DNA of 64,000 bases from Gnetum montanum (lineage: Eukaryota > Plantae > Gnetophyta). The stretch spans positions 728,193 to 792,192 of the forward strand of contig MNCI01000003.1 in the NCBI GenBank assembly GCA_015680685.1, given 5' to 3'. Both the position numbers and the translations under genes were made by a program. This document shows, one piece after another, positions 47,541 through 60,779 of this stretch. Within the stretch, counting starts at the first letter, position 1. Each line of letters opens with the position of its first letter. The notes under the pieces were generated by a model. It worked only from the letters and a program-made list of their open reading frames with translations. It did no database searches and was not told the origin of the DNA.

Positions 47541-50500
47541 TATGCTACTTTAACAATTCATTTAATGACCACAATATTAAAAAGCTAACCTATAATATTT
47601 TCCTAGCTTTAGAAAACTTCTAGTAGGTTTAAATCTCAATTATACTTAGTCTTCTATATAAAACTTCTTCTTAAGATGATGTTGATTGACATACCCCTTA
47701 TACTTATCTTGAACCTCTTGCAAGTTCTATTTTATCCTTATGATAATTATTTTCATGATTTTTATTTCTTCTTTCATTCATTCTACTCTCAGGGTTGGGT
47801 TAGCCCAGGTTGACGATGTTTGACAATTCTCTCTATACACTACTTCAAATGGGATTCTATGTATTGAATCTTGGTAATAATTATTGTAGGTGAATTCAGC
47901 CAAGTGTAAGTAATTCTCCTAGGTCTTGGATCTACTCTTGACATAACTTCGTAAAATGGCTTCCAATATCTAGTTAACTTATTCTATTTAACCATCAATT
48001 TTAGGGTGGTATGTTGTGCTGAAGTTCAATTGGGTTTCAAGTTTTTTAAAAATGGTTTATTAAAATTTTAAAATAAACTTAGGACCTCTATATGATGTGA
48101 TTGATTTAGGACATCCATGTAGTTAGAATACTTTGCGTATAAATTTTTGGACTACGTCTTCTATTATATTTATAGATTTCAAGGATATAAGGTAAGTCAT
48201 CTTTGATAAATGATTAACTACAATCAAGATTGAGGAAATCTTCTTCTTGGTCATTGGTAGTTGTATGATGAAATCCATGATAATGTCTTCCTATTTTCAT
48301 ATTGGGACTTCCAAAGGTTACAATGATCCACTTGGTTTATTTTTCTTAGCCTTTATTCTTTGAAAAATTTCATAATTCTAATGTAAGTGAATGCATCATT
48401 CTTCATCCCAGGCTAGAAATAAAACTTATTTATCATCATATAATTTTGATATATCTAGGATGTTCAGTGTATGGTACTTCAAAAGCTTCAGATAATAGTT
48501 TTTATTTCTAAATATCTTCTCATATACAAAGTCTTTATCCCTTAATAGCTCTTTTAAGGAGAGGTGGTAATTAAGTTTATAAGTTATATTAGTTAAAATC
48601 TCCTTAAAATAAGGATTTTCCTTGATCTGCTCCTTGATCTCTTCTTTCATAGGGGTTGTTACAACACTAATCATTAGATTCTACATTTGGCTAAGGACAT
48701 TAGCCACTATATTCTATTTTCCTAGAATATAATTACTCTCAAAACCATATTCAAAAAGTGATTTTATCCACTTACATTATATTATATTCAAGATGTGTTA
48801 TCTTTATAGATATTTTAGGCTCTTATGATCAATTTTTAATACAAGTATTTTTCCATAAAGATAATGTCTATAAATCTTTAAAGCATAAATAATTACTAGT
48901 AATTCTGGATCATGTGTTGAATTATTTACCTTAGCTCCTCATAATTTGTGAGACTCAAAACATACTACTTATATTCTTGTGAAAGAACTACATCGATTTT
49001 TACTCCATAGGCATTAGATACTTTAAATGTTAATTCTTTATTTGGGATTCTTAGGAAAGGTTCCATTGTTAATAGCATATTTAGTCTTAGAAAAGATTTT
49101 CTAAATTTTTTTATCAAATTTAAACACATGTTTTCCTTACAAGAAGTCAATCAAAGGGGATACCATAGTAGCATACTCTTTAATAAAATGTCAAGAAAGA
49201 CCTTTAATCCCAGAAAACTATGAACTACTTTGGCATCCTTAAGTTTTAACCATTCTCAAATAACACTAAACTTATATGGGTCTAATTGTAATTCTTGTTT
49301 ATATATAATATGATCCAAATATGATACTTCTTCTCTAAAGAGTTCATATTTACCTAGTTTTACCTTTAACTAGTGTTTCTTAAAAATTTCCATAGTAATT
49401 TTCAAATGTCCAACATGTTCTTTCCTTGAATTAAAATAAAGAAGTATATCATCCATAAACACAATAATAAAGTTATCAAGGTATTCTTAGAAAATATTAT
49501 TCATCAATGTCATAAACATTGTAGGTACATTGGTCAATTCAAATGGCATAACCACAAATTCGTACAATCCACACCTAGTTCTAAATGTAGTTTTCTCAAT
49601 ATCTTTTTCTTAAATCCTTATCTAGTGATAACTTGATTTTAAAAAAAGCTTAAAAAAAATAACATCTCCAGTAAGTTGATCAAACAGGTCCTCAATCCTA
49701 GGTAAAGGATAGATATTCATAAATATTACTTTTTTTAATGTCCGAAAATTGCTACATAACCTTAAGGTACCATCCTTCTTTGTTTTGAATAGGACTAGTA
49801 CTTCCTAAGATGAGACACTATGATGAATCTTTCCTTTGTCTAATAAATGATTTAGTTGTACTTTTAACTTCCTTCCAAAGTAGAAAACCTATACAAGGCT
49901 TTTCAAACTAGTTGTGTACTTGGAAAAATGTCAAGGGCATGTTTGATAGTTTGTTTTGATGGTAACTCTATGGTTTTACCAAATACTAAATTCTTATGCT
50001 CATTAAGTTTCTTTGGGATCACAATGTTGGAAAGTTTTTGGGGTTGAGTCACTTTTACAACAAACATAGTAGTATCTTTCTTGACTAGTCTCTTGGCTCA
50101 CTTAATTATTATAGTATGAATTTGCTTTGTTATTCCTACCATCCTTAGAACTTTGACTTCATCAGTGGTTGGCACTTTTAAGATACAAGTTCCAAAATGG
50201 GTAGTAACATTAAATTTTTATAGGAAGACATTCCTAAGATAGTATCAATATCTCCTACTTCAAATTTTTAAAATTCATGAACAAAAGAAATATCTTAAAG
50301 GAGAAAGTTAATTTCATTATACCTATTATGCTTACTTATTGTTGTTCCATTTGCAAGTTTCACTTTAATAACTTTCTTGTAAGGTAGGGTTAAATTTAAT
50401 GATTTAACTAAAGTTGGTAAAATAAAATTATTACTTGTTTTATTATTAATAAAAAATATAACTTTTTGATCCTTAATTAACCTTTCAAAAATAAGTAAGA
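47280..50500 (-). pseudogene. Degenerate chromovirus pol (PR, RT, RH, INT, chromodomain)
   Basis: FINNKTSNNFI..VKLANG (protease-like); VFMDD near 49450; SNAYGVKIDVVLSQ (RNase H); ORF 47330..47524. Confidence 0.88.
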
Positions 50501-50802
50501 AAAATTGAAATTTCCTCAAATCTAATTTAGCCGATGCTAAAATTTTCTTGATCGTGGTAATGGTAGTAACTTGATGTTTTTCTTTGGTCATATTGATGTT
50601 GGATTTATAGTTTTTATTTTGTTTATTTCTTTGTATTCTTACTTGTAATTTTGGATAGTCCTACTTGAAGTGAACTTCATTACAAGCAAAGCATCTAGAT
50701 TGAGTTCTATTATTGGGTATCTCTTCCACAGTTTTTGGATTGTTGTAGTATGTACTTGGTTTGATTCTTCATAATCCTTAGCAATTCTATATATTTCATC
50801 CA

Positions 50803-53800
50803 CTATTTGTGGATTATGGGCATGTGTCTAGGGGCACAATTGATCATGTAGTGTACCTATGTGTTGGTGACTACTTTGAACTCCTGCTATTTTCTTATTT
50901 CTATCCTAGCAATAAGAAGCTAATGGTGGAAAAAGCTCTACTTGTCACCAACATTTATTTTCTCGTAATAAAAATCATAAGGTTAAGAGTTCATTTAAAA
51001 CTTGAGTTTAGATGTTTGCTAGTTTCTAGAAATACCAAGGCCTGAATACTTCCAAATAAATTCAGCGGTTGTAAAAAACCATGTGTTTTGGGCTAAAATT
51101 TAGTTTAAATTTTACAATATTATGTTTTGGGAGTTTAACAACTGATTGTAATTTTATGAAAATGTTCAACCCCTTTTAACCCTATTTTGTGAGAAAACAA
51201 ATTTTTAGCTTTATCAGGGAAACTTAGCTTACATAATCTTGGTTAAGTTCTACCTATACTAATTGTCCTTTCATCTAATGCTTAAGTGCAATTTGACAAA
51301 TTTGTTACCAATCTTTCCTAGAGAGTGAATTCTATAAGAAATACTAGAAATAGAATGAGATTCAATGGGTTTTGAAAAGTATAATAGTAAAATTTCATAC
51401 AATCTTAAACATTGACATGAGTAAAAAATTTTGAAAATAAAGCTATTCAAATCAATTAATAATACCAAAGAATGCTAACCCTTGGCAAAAATAAGTAATT
51501 AAACAATTCCAATAGATGAATTGTAAGGTACACTATGATCTTAATTAGTAGCTAAGCAATTATAACAAAGTAAGAAGATAAAAATAACTCACTAAATAGA
51601 AGTAAATCAGCTAAATCAAATTTGAACTTTCAGAATGTCATTGTACAAAGACCTTCTAACAGTTAATTCACCCTATCTTTTTCCTCTTTCCAAGATGATT
51701 ATTAAACAGATTTTCTCTAGGCTATATATAACAACCTCTGGTAGTTATAATCATTACAAGAGTTTAAAGCTATAGTTGCTTTACATTCTCCGTATATAAG
51801 TATAAACCATTAGACAACTGTTTAGCCTCTAGAAAAATTCTTTTCATCTTCTGAATCTAAAATCCTTCTACTGATAACTACTATGTTAGTTTTGCATGAT
51901 TGAGAAGAACTTTAATGGCTCGATTCATTATATCAGGTTCTGCGTTATTAAGCCCTTTGAAAATGTCCTCAACTTCTTTTACCTAAATCTAATTTTGTTA
52001 TTGAATTGGTTATTTCTGTTAGCACAACTCTCACAATGGAACAAGCCTATTACAAATCAAGCTTTTTTTAGTAGTTTTGCTTGTAATTCATGTAACTACC
52101 ATCATCATCATATCCAAAAACCTTTGTTTGTATGGTGGTAGTACTTCTCTTTTCTTCATTTTCAAAGAAAATCTTGTTTTCTCTAATTTCTCTAATTTCT
52201 TCTTTAGTTTCTCGTACTAATTCTCTATTGTAATTAACTCTAGTAATTACATCTTTGAAGTCTGATAGAGCCAAAGAAGAATAATCTAGAACTTTTTCCT
52301 TCTTGGTCTATTCCAATTCTAAAATTATGATAGCTAATATTTTTTTAATCCAAGATGCTTCTTGCTTCTTATTTTCTAGCAATTATTCCTTTATGATTAT
52401 TATTTTTTATCTTTTCATTTTCTTCTCTTACTCTTTTCAATTTTTCCTACAGCTTGGATGTCTCCTATTCATTTTGTAACAAAAAATATTTAATTTTGGC
52501 TATCTAAATAAAGCTATTTCCCCATATCCTTGATCAAAGTACCTATGGTTTCTAACATGTCTTCATGTAACATCAGAAGCTTCTACTTTCTTGTTTATGG
52601 ATCATCTTGTCTGTATTGAAAGATAGAATTGGCTTCTATTTTTGGCTTAGTGGAAGACTTCTAGCTTAATATAATTCTTCATTTTTTTCTTTGATCTTTA
52701 AAGATCGTGCTACTCCTTTCATCAAGTATCTCAAAGGGAAATTGAGGATAGATGATGAAAATTTGATTCTATAACAAGCACATGATTGGTTTTGCCATGT
52801 CAACTTCTTTGTAGAGTGAATTTATAAAATTAAAATTTATCTCTACAAGCATGAACAAAAATGATTTTACAAGATAATGTTAACACCAAGACAAGGCTAT
52901 TTGAAGCTACATTAATAAGAATAGATTGAGATGTTAAGGCTAAACCCTTGAGCTTTTAACATGATTTTGTTAAGGCTAAACCCTTGAGCTTGTAGAACTA
53001 GATTTTGGTTCTATAAGCCATGTAATTAAGCTTCCATGTCACGATACATGACATCACCTCAATCACTATTTTATCAAAGCAGAAGTAAGTGCATAATGTC
53101 TATTAAGAGGGTTTGCATACTTTTTTGTTTGTAGTGACTTTTCATGGGACCACTTTTTAAATCTATAAGTTTTTTGCTATATAATGAAGTCGACGTGGTA
53201 GAACTAGGAAAGGGCATTTCTTGTGGAGCCATTTTCTAGCTCTATAAAAAATACCTCATTTTGAGCTCTTCGTTTGAATTATGATGTAGGAGCTAACGTG
53301 GTAGAACCAAAAAGTGGTTTCCTAGTAGAAACGTTTTTCTGCTCTACAAATTTTCTATCTGAATAGAGCTAACTTGGTTCAACCATTTTTCACACTTTTC
53401 ATAGAACTAGTTGTAGGCGCTACTAACTTACTTCATTTAATAGCTTAAATCAAGTAGAACCATCTTATAGAGCCTATTTTTGGTTCTATGAGCCTCCTCT
53501 ATGAGCTGATGTGGTAAGTGTACTTAATGAACATACCTTTTTAGATTTAGATTAAGTCATTTTTCTTGATAAAAGGGTTCCTTTTTGTGCTTAATTATTT
53601 ATTTTAATGTCAATCTTGTATTAATGTAAAATATTCTTCTTGATGATCTCATCTTAACTAGCAAACAAAAAGAGTGTACGCTTGTGCCAGGTCAAACTCA
53701 TGTAAGCTCTATCTTTAATAGCTAATTGAGTTGTTTTCATGTGATATTAGATTTAATTCAAAATCCTAGCTCATTAAAATAATTGAAACTTCTGAGTTTA

Positions 53801-54058
53801 TGTGATCAATAAAGCAGAATATTTTGGGATTGTTCATTTAGCTTTAAAACATTTTATTCCAAAAAGAAATTTTGTCACAAAGACTTTAATCTTCGTAGTA
53901 TCTCCACTAAAAATTTCCATAGAATTTCCTCTACTTAGGGCTCGTTTTTCACATAAATATGACATGAAAAAGTTTAGCTCAATCTCATTGAATGAGTATA
54001 TGGATCTTTGAAGTTGTGAAATGTCATGCAAAATTACTCATTCTTTACCAAGTAAAGA
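50803..54058 (-). mobile_element. ~3.26-kb insertion interrupting the chromovirus gag, possibly Helitron-like
   Basis: Removing it rejoins gag in frame (EVGLLS*MDEIYRIAKDYEE). On - it starts TCTTTACT, ends ATAG (CTRR-like), sits between A and T and has an imperfect hairpin ~20 nt from its end. Confidence 0.4.
52990..53520. repeat. Cluster of short motifs in both orientations (GTAGAAC(C/T)A, GGTTCTAT, TAGAGC/GCTCTA)
   Basis: About a dozen copies, ending at GATGTGGTAAGTG. Resembles DNA-transposon (CACTA-like) subterminal repeats. Confidence 0.45.
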
Positions 54059-55020
54059 TTTAAGACAAAAGCCCTACTTCATTAATGGTTGAAATGTTAT
54101 AACACTATAAAATTTGAGGCTAATTCACCTTTGTCTTGGTAGCTTACATACTTAGAGTGATCATATAATTTCTTATAATAATCTCCAATGCATCATTAAA
54201 CCAATCCCAATGAGTCAAACCACATTCTACATTTCGTAAGAAAGGAATCTAGTACAAATATCTATTCAAAATCATGATAGAAGTTGAGCTATTTTGTGAT
54301 CAATCTTTGAGATTTGAACCCATTCCACCATGTTGTAGAAAGTCCCTTAAATACAAAGAGATCAACTCTAAACATTCTTAACTCAAAAAATTCAGCATGT
54401 CAAAATAATTCTTCATAATATTGATTTAATTTTTCACCTTATTACTAGATCTTGGGGCTTCATTGTAATGATCAAGTTTTACCTTCTTATCATGAACCTA
54501 GGTTAAGAATTCTCTAGGTGAATTTTGTCAATTCTAATAACATTCTTATTCTAGTTCTAATCTCTATCCTTGTAGTGCAATTTTAGCATCTTGATGTTCA
54601 ATAGATAGGGATTAGACTCGGTAATGATCCCTAGGTGAAAATTTATCTTGATAATGAAATTAATCTTGGTATTAATCCCTAAGTGGGAATTAATATGATT
54701 ATTATCCCTAGGTGTTGGTTTTAATTATGATCTCTAGGAGGATGTTGATTTTGGTTGGGATGTTGGATTAAATGGTCTATCAATTATTTGATGAAATTCA
54801 CAAAAGAATCCATCTTTTCCTAAACTTCAAACCATTTTCCTTTCAAACTATAGGATAATTTCTTAATCTCTTTTGACATATCTTGCATATTTTCCTAAAA
54901 TCCTTGGTTTGATTAATGGAGGTCCTCTTGCATATATCTAATCTTATTAATATATTTCTCAAGAGCATCCATACAATCATTGAGTTAGGACTCCTTCATT
55001 TTCTAATGCACTCTCTAAAT
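54059..55020 (-). pseudogene. Gypsy gag (capsid) remnant
   Basis: FKGLSTTWWNG....FYHDFE*IF fits the Retrotrans_gag pattern (G.A..WW....W..F...F). Low-complexity N-terminus. Confidence 0.6.
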
Positions 55021-55427
55021 TTCAAATATTGATAGGCTAAAAAGACAAGAGAGAGTGATTGTTTGTTAGTGTCTATGACCCCTTTTATGGGTTCCAGGAG
55101 TGGTTAATTATTTTTAGAAGAGGTTAGAATTACTTTGAAACAAATTTCTCTCTAGATCCTTTCATGAAGACTTAAATAGCTTTAAAGAGTTCAATCGTAT
55201 TAAAAAGACTTAGAGTTTTGGACCTCAAATCAAGCTTTTTCCTATGTTGAGATGGTAAAATAATGACTTTGAAAACTAAATTTTGGACTTCCATAGGCTA
55301 AATTGGATCATTTTGTTACATCTAAAAGGTCCAAATCTTTTAAAACCAACTCTTTTTTCATTAAAAATGGATATTGGAATAAAAAATTATGGACATTTAA
55401 AGTTGTAAAAAATTTCATGCTTTTGAA

Positions 55428-55500
55428 ACTTCCCAAAAGATCACCCATCCTAGTACTACTCTAGGACAAGCACACTTAATTACAAAATTTTTATCTAGAT
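55428..55500 (-). other. 5S rRNA-derived fragment (internal control region: box A, IE, box C); not a full gene
   Basis: Minus strand TTAAGTGTGCTTGTCCTAGAGTAGTACTAGGATGGGTGATCTTTTGGGAAGT versus plant 5S TTAAGCGTGCTTGGGCGAGAGTAGTACTAGGATGGGTGACCTCCTGGGAAGT. There is a 22-nt exact core. Confidence 0.88.
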
Positions 55501-56194
55501 TGTTGTCAATCCATGAATTTGCCTTATTGGTCAAATTCTTCTATCTTTTTATTTTTTAATTTTCATATTGTAAATATCAAATTAAAAATTTTTACATTTA
55601 AATTTTTATTAATTGATGGAAAATTTTCTATTAGCTAGAATTGCTAGAGGAGGTAGGGTTCTATGGTATTGATGCTTGTAGGAGAAGGTGGGATCCTACA
55701 GTGCTATCGATGGCTAGATGAGGTAGAATCCTATGGCACCAATGGTGCTCTTCGCCATCACAGATTGTCAAAAATCATAGCAAATTTTCTTGCATAGGTA
55801 TAGGTGATGGCATAGGGGTAGGGAAAATTAAACTTAGGTGCATTGCCAAATGGCAAGGTGAACAATAGTGGTGCATGGAGAGTTGAGCGAGGCAGTAGTG
55901 GTGGCATGGTGGTTGATAGAGTGATGGCAGGATGAACAATGATCTTAGTGTGACATGGAAGGATGATGAATAGTAAAAATGGCAATGTGTGGCTCCAAGA
56001 ATTTATGCTATTGCATGGTAGGCAAGATGCACAACCATTAATAGGATTATGCAATCCCATGAGAGGCTATGCAGCCCCTTGTAAGGCCTCATAAACTTGC
56101 ATAAATTAATTAAAATTTATTTACTTGTTTTTTAAATATGTTTTTATAATTAATATATATATATAAAATAAATAACCATGAGGTTGGTCCTATT

Positions 56195-56266
56195 GGTTAG
56201 CATAGTAAAGGTGAAGTGTTGCATTTGATAAATATAGGGTCATGAATTTGACTACTTGCCCTAACT
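56195..56266 (+). other. Degenerate tRNA-like (SINE-head-like) sequence
   Basis: GGTTAG...CTAACT terminal pairing, A-box-like TAGCATAGTAA and B-box-like GGTCATGAATTTGACT at tRNA-like spacing. Confidence 0.45.
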
Positions 56267-57159
56267 GTGAAAGAAAAAATAATAAAAATTAAATTTAAAA
56301 TTTTGCTTTTCTAAGGTTAAATATTTTTTAAAATTTTAATTAACAACACTGAGGAATGAGATATTTGGAAAATCATGTATTAGATTTTGATGAAATTGGT
56401 ACTATTGGAATCCTCTCAGAGAGTACTATATGTTGCAATCATGATATCTTTAGGTTATTGACCTTGTAAATTATGAAATCAAGAGAAGAAATCATTACTT
56501 AAAAATTAATTAATAAATTAGTTACTTGTTAATTAAAATTAAACTACAGTTTTCTTTAGATAACTTAACCTTCCAACTACTACTAAAATTACTAATCTTT
56601 TCTATAAATTTATGGGAGAAGAGGTTTTTTAGTACATCATCTTTGAATCATCCTTTTCATCGTAGATTGTAGAGATTATTTGGTATGGCAAAGTTGCAAT
56701 ATGAATTCTCCAAGCATTTCGGTCATGCTTCTCCTATAGAACGACTTTCATTTCTATTATTTTGCATTAGAATAATGTAGTTAAAGCCACTAATTTGGTT
56801 TTTGGTCTACTAGAAGTTGAGGGTTTTGAATATCTTAAATCTTCTAGGTTGTTAGAATTGCAAGTTTTTCCCATCTTTAAAATTGTTTATTGCAAGGATT
56901 TAATAAATTAATGGTGCAACAATTACCATCTCCAGTAAAATCATCTTTTTTGAAAATGATTTTTGGAAGGATCATTATCATACTTGCTATCATTCAAAAG
57001 GTCTTAGATTTTCATATTGGGATTGATCCTCTTGAACCTTACATGTAATCAACTAAATTCAAGGCATTTTGTAATGGGGAAATGTTTGATTATGTTATAG
57101 AAAGAATGCTTCCTCAAAAGGAAGTTTACAAAGTTGATTTTATTGACAAGATCAATTTT

Positions 57160-57992
57160 CAATTATGTAATAGACAATGATTCACCCACATCCTCTGCAA
57201 GTGGGTCTTGGAAATGCATCATCTTTGTGATGTGTTTTGTCCAAGGCTTGGAAAGTTGGAAAGCATCATGTGCTACCCACTTTTGATTCTTCCTAATTAT
57301 TAAGAACTTTGTGAACCTTCTAACGTACACATAGAAAAATGTGAAATGCACGTGATATAAGGGAGTTGAGGTTATTACAAAGTTTTGAAACTCCATTTTA
57401 TAATCCAATGACTAAGAAGGTATCCCAATCAAATCTAGTAGCATTAGTTAATACGTTTTTATTATCCAAGATTGTTGGGTCCCTATAGTTTTCTTCTATA
57501 ATAGTAGCATGGGAAAGGCTCTAGAGCAAAAAAGAGGGTAGGCCTTATTTACTTCCTTAATTTCAAATTTGCTGAAAGATAATATAGCACTAGAAGGAGA
57601 GTTAAGACAAGCCTCCATTTTCTTTCTATGGCCTATATCTTTTCCTACTCTAATGGAAACCTTGACAACACCAGAAAGTATGCCAAAGAGATCATTGAAC
57701 ATAGACTCATTAATGCTCAAAACCATAAGAAAACCATGAACATGAGTGCTGAATTTGGTGATCCCCTTATCATAAGATTCAATCACATTTAACATCTCAA
57801 CAAGTGACATCGATGGGCTAGGTAACATGAATAAGTCAAACAAACTTGCATTAGTGATCCTATGTTGGGCATCTATGAGAGCTTTGCCTACCAATCATTC
57901 CTATGATAGGTCTACTTCACTCCACTTGAGTTGAATCTTTTCCTTAGCATGATCTTAAATGGTCATGGTGACTGTAGATTCAAACACAGAAT
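57160..57992 (-). pseudogene. Exon encoding a plant transposon-protein-like domain
   Basis: LFDLFMLP..EMLNVIESYD..LSINESMFNDLFGI..IDWDTFL. Preceded by an in-frame GT-AG intron at 57993-58095. Confidence 0.5.
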
Positions 57993-58479
57993 CTATAGCA
58001 CAGAATAGTTGACATACTTCATAAAATCAAAAACCATAAAAAAACCAAAAATGCTAAAAAAAAAATTTAACCACAATTAAATAGCTTTTACTCACCGAGC
58101 TTAGGCAAAGCTAGAACTTTAGAATGAGTTGGTATAGGTGCTCCTAAGTCTATGCAAGTGCATCATCTATGTGCATGATTGGTAGCTAGACTTGTTTAGT
58201 ATACACAAGAATACTACGTAAGGTATCTACCAAACTCATCACTAAGTTGATCAGGCACTTGTACTCTCACAACCTCACCTTTCTTAAACTCTTCCAAGGT
58301 ACTAAGGGCCAAAAATAAGGTTTGGTCATTTTTCATCAATCCTACATAGTTTACTTTAGACTTTCTCAAGAAGAAGAAAAAAAAGAAAAAAACAAAGGAT
58401 GAAAATAGTTAGAACCAGACAACCTTAAAATCAAAAAATACACAAGGATGAAAATTTAAAATAAGGATTATGCTTCTAA

Positions 58480-58920
58480 TAGGTAGAAAATTCCTAGAGG
58501 ATATTTAAAGAGAGTGTTTATCCTATGAATTATCATCAAGGTATTGTTGACATTGAATTATAAGTACTCAAGCATCTCCTAGATTTATGATAATCTTATT
58601 ACTCCCATAGAATATGAAGTACTATTTCATTTTATTTCTCTTTTGGTGAACTTCAAGATATAGTTGGAAGATTCGAGTACAAGAGTTTATGTGATAATGA
58701 TTGCAACATCCATAGTAAAGTGTGAATACATGATTACATTGAAATGTTGGAGTAGGTACATTAAGAAATCTCGAGCACCAAGTCTAAACCACAATGGGAT
58801 ACCATTGTCAATACACATATCAGGGTTTAAACTATTTTGGGTGACCATACTAGTGAAACATAGGATTTTCACCAACTCCACCATGACCAAAATATGTTTT
58901 AGTAAGACCTTATACATAGC
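58480..58920 (-). pseudogene. FCP1/SCP (NIF, HAD-type) phosphatase-like domain remnant
   Basis: WFRLGARDFLMYLLQHFNVIMYS matches RPG..eFL......F.V.iwS (CCT>CTT explains P>L). Downstream NNTLMI...YP. The catalytic DxDxT is not preserved. Confidence 0.55.
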
Positions 58921-60779
58921 TAAAACACATAGCCATTAGATCATAGTATATCATATAAAAATTAAAATAAAAAGTGATGAAAGATAAACAAAAATAGCCT
59001 AGAAGTGACAATAGTGGCATTGAATAAAAGAAATATGCATAAAAATAACCAAATCTATTAATACCTTCATAATGCAAGTCAAAATTTAGCCTTTTGCACT
59101 TCAATTCACATAGCAAAAGAACTAAATTTGACATGTTAATAGCCATGAAACATAGAAAAACTAAATTGGCTAGTTTGATAACCTTTTGACATCAAACAAA
59201 TCAACCTGATCTTATGAGAAACCAGTTTGACATTTTCAAAAATAGTTAGCATGTAAGATCCTAAAGCAAGCATTTTCACAAATAGTTGACATAAAACTAA
59301 GTTTTTGACAAAACTAGAAGCCAAAATTCACAAATGGTATTTGATGAATGGGATTTTGTAGAGGATGATGGTTAATCGAACAAGCTTAAATGATGGGAAT
59401 GTGAGAAAATTGAAGCAAAAAAAATATAATTTTTCTTGGCTCTTAGAGCCTACACGTTGCCATAACTTCCCACAAAAAGCCCCTAAGCTCCTTACACATT
59501 GTGGTATCAAGCCTAAAAGGTGCCACATGCTAGCCATAAGCCTAGGAAAAATCAAAAACTATCAAAACTCAAGCACAAGTACATAACATTGCCAACACTA
59601 GCCTAAAAAAAAAGAGAGAGTAAGAAACTATGCAAATAAAACTTGAATTGATTGATCTAGATTTTGGGAATTGGAAAAAATTCCAAAAAAATTGTAAAAA
59701 AAATATTATCGAGCTTGGACATAGAGAACATACTTCTAACAACCCAAATATGATATCCACATTATAGGTGTAATGTGGAAAAACCCATAATTTCATCAAA
59801 TTTTCAGAGAAAAAACCCCAATTTGTAATGAAATGACTGTAGTAAAAACCTTGGAATAAAATTTTAGAAATTCCAAAATTCATTGAGAAACATATTGCAC
59901 TAGATCGACCACCCAAGGAGCCTTAGAATTTGACCATAGGTGTTTGAAAAATTGCAAATGTTGCAAGTTTTTCCATGGAAGAATTGCAAACAATGTTAGT
60001 TTTTCCATGGAAAATCTACAAAATTTTGAGAAAATAGGCCAAAATGATGAAAAATGGGTTGGGAAGAAATCCATAAAAAATTCATGAAAAATATAAAAAG
60101 TATGATTTCACCTTTGGTATAGGCAATAAACACTAAGAAATAGATCTGTTGAGTCAAAATTTAAAAATTTCATCATACATGATCTAGAAAGAATACCAAA
60201 GTTGAGTCAAGATCCACAAAAATAAGGCAAAAACATTGTGCATTGGTGTGAGAGAAAATTCAAATCCTCTCTAATAGAAGTCTAAAAATCCAAACGTTCA
60301 TTCCCAATGTGACCGATAGGTCTAGATCTTGGATTTGACATAATTAGAATGAAAACTTTTAACCTAGACAAGCCTAGCGATGGAAAAATGCTTATATAAA
60401 TTCATCAACAATCAGAAAAAATGATGAAGAATGGGTACCTGGTGGCCCTAGATGAAGATCCTTCATTTGAAAAAGGATCTAAAAATCTTGATTTAATGTG
60501 TATTGCCTCCTCTGCCTCATCTAAAACCAAATTCGACTTGCCAATCTGATCTTTCTTACCATGATGTATAAGATGTATGAAATTTTCCTCACTGTTGTAG
60601 GAAGAAGCCTAAAATTCTTGGTTTTGCTATCAAAATTTTGTACATAGGGATGGGTACATGTGTAAGTTACTAAGAAATTATATGAATTCTAGTTTTAACC
60701 ACAAACTTTAGCTCTTGCATGCTACCCTTGAGAAATTATGTGAGAAAAAGCCTTTAACACAAAAGTTTGGTGTTAAAAA

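Larger units (their letters stand above)
43740..55020 (-). mobile_element. Chromovirus (Tekay/Del-like) Ty3/Gypsy element, highly degenerate; 5' LTR not found
   Basis: [38 protein letters not shown]; integrase MDFIIQLP and FSTTYHP; IHLVFHVSLLKK followed by a chromodomain; PPT TTAAGGAGGGTAGAT. Confidence 0.85.

Noticed and set aside
55428-55500. Functional 5S rRNA gene
   Set aside because: Only ~70 of ~120 nt are present, the ends are missing and the sequence is deaminated; not in an rDNA array.
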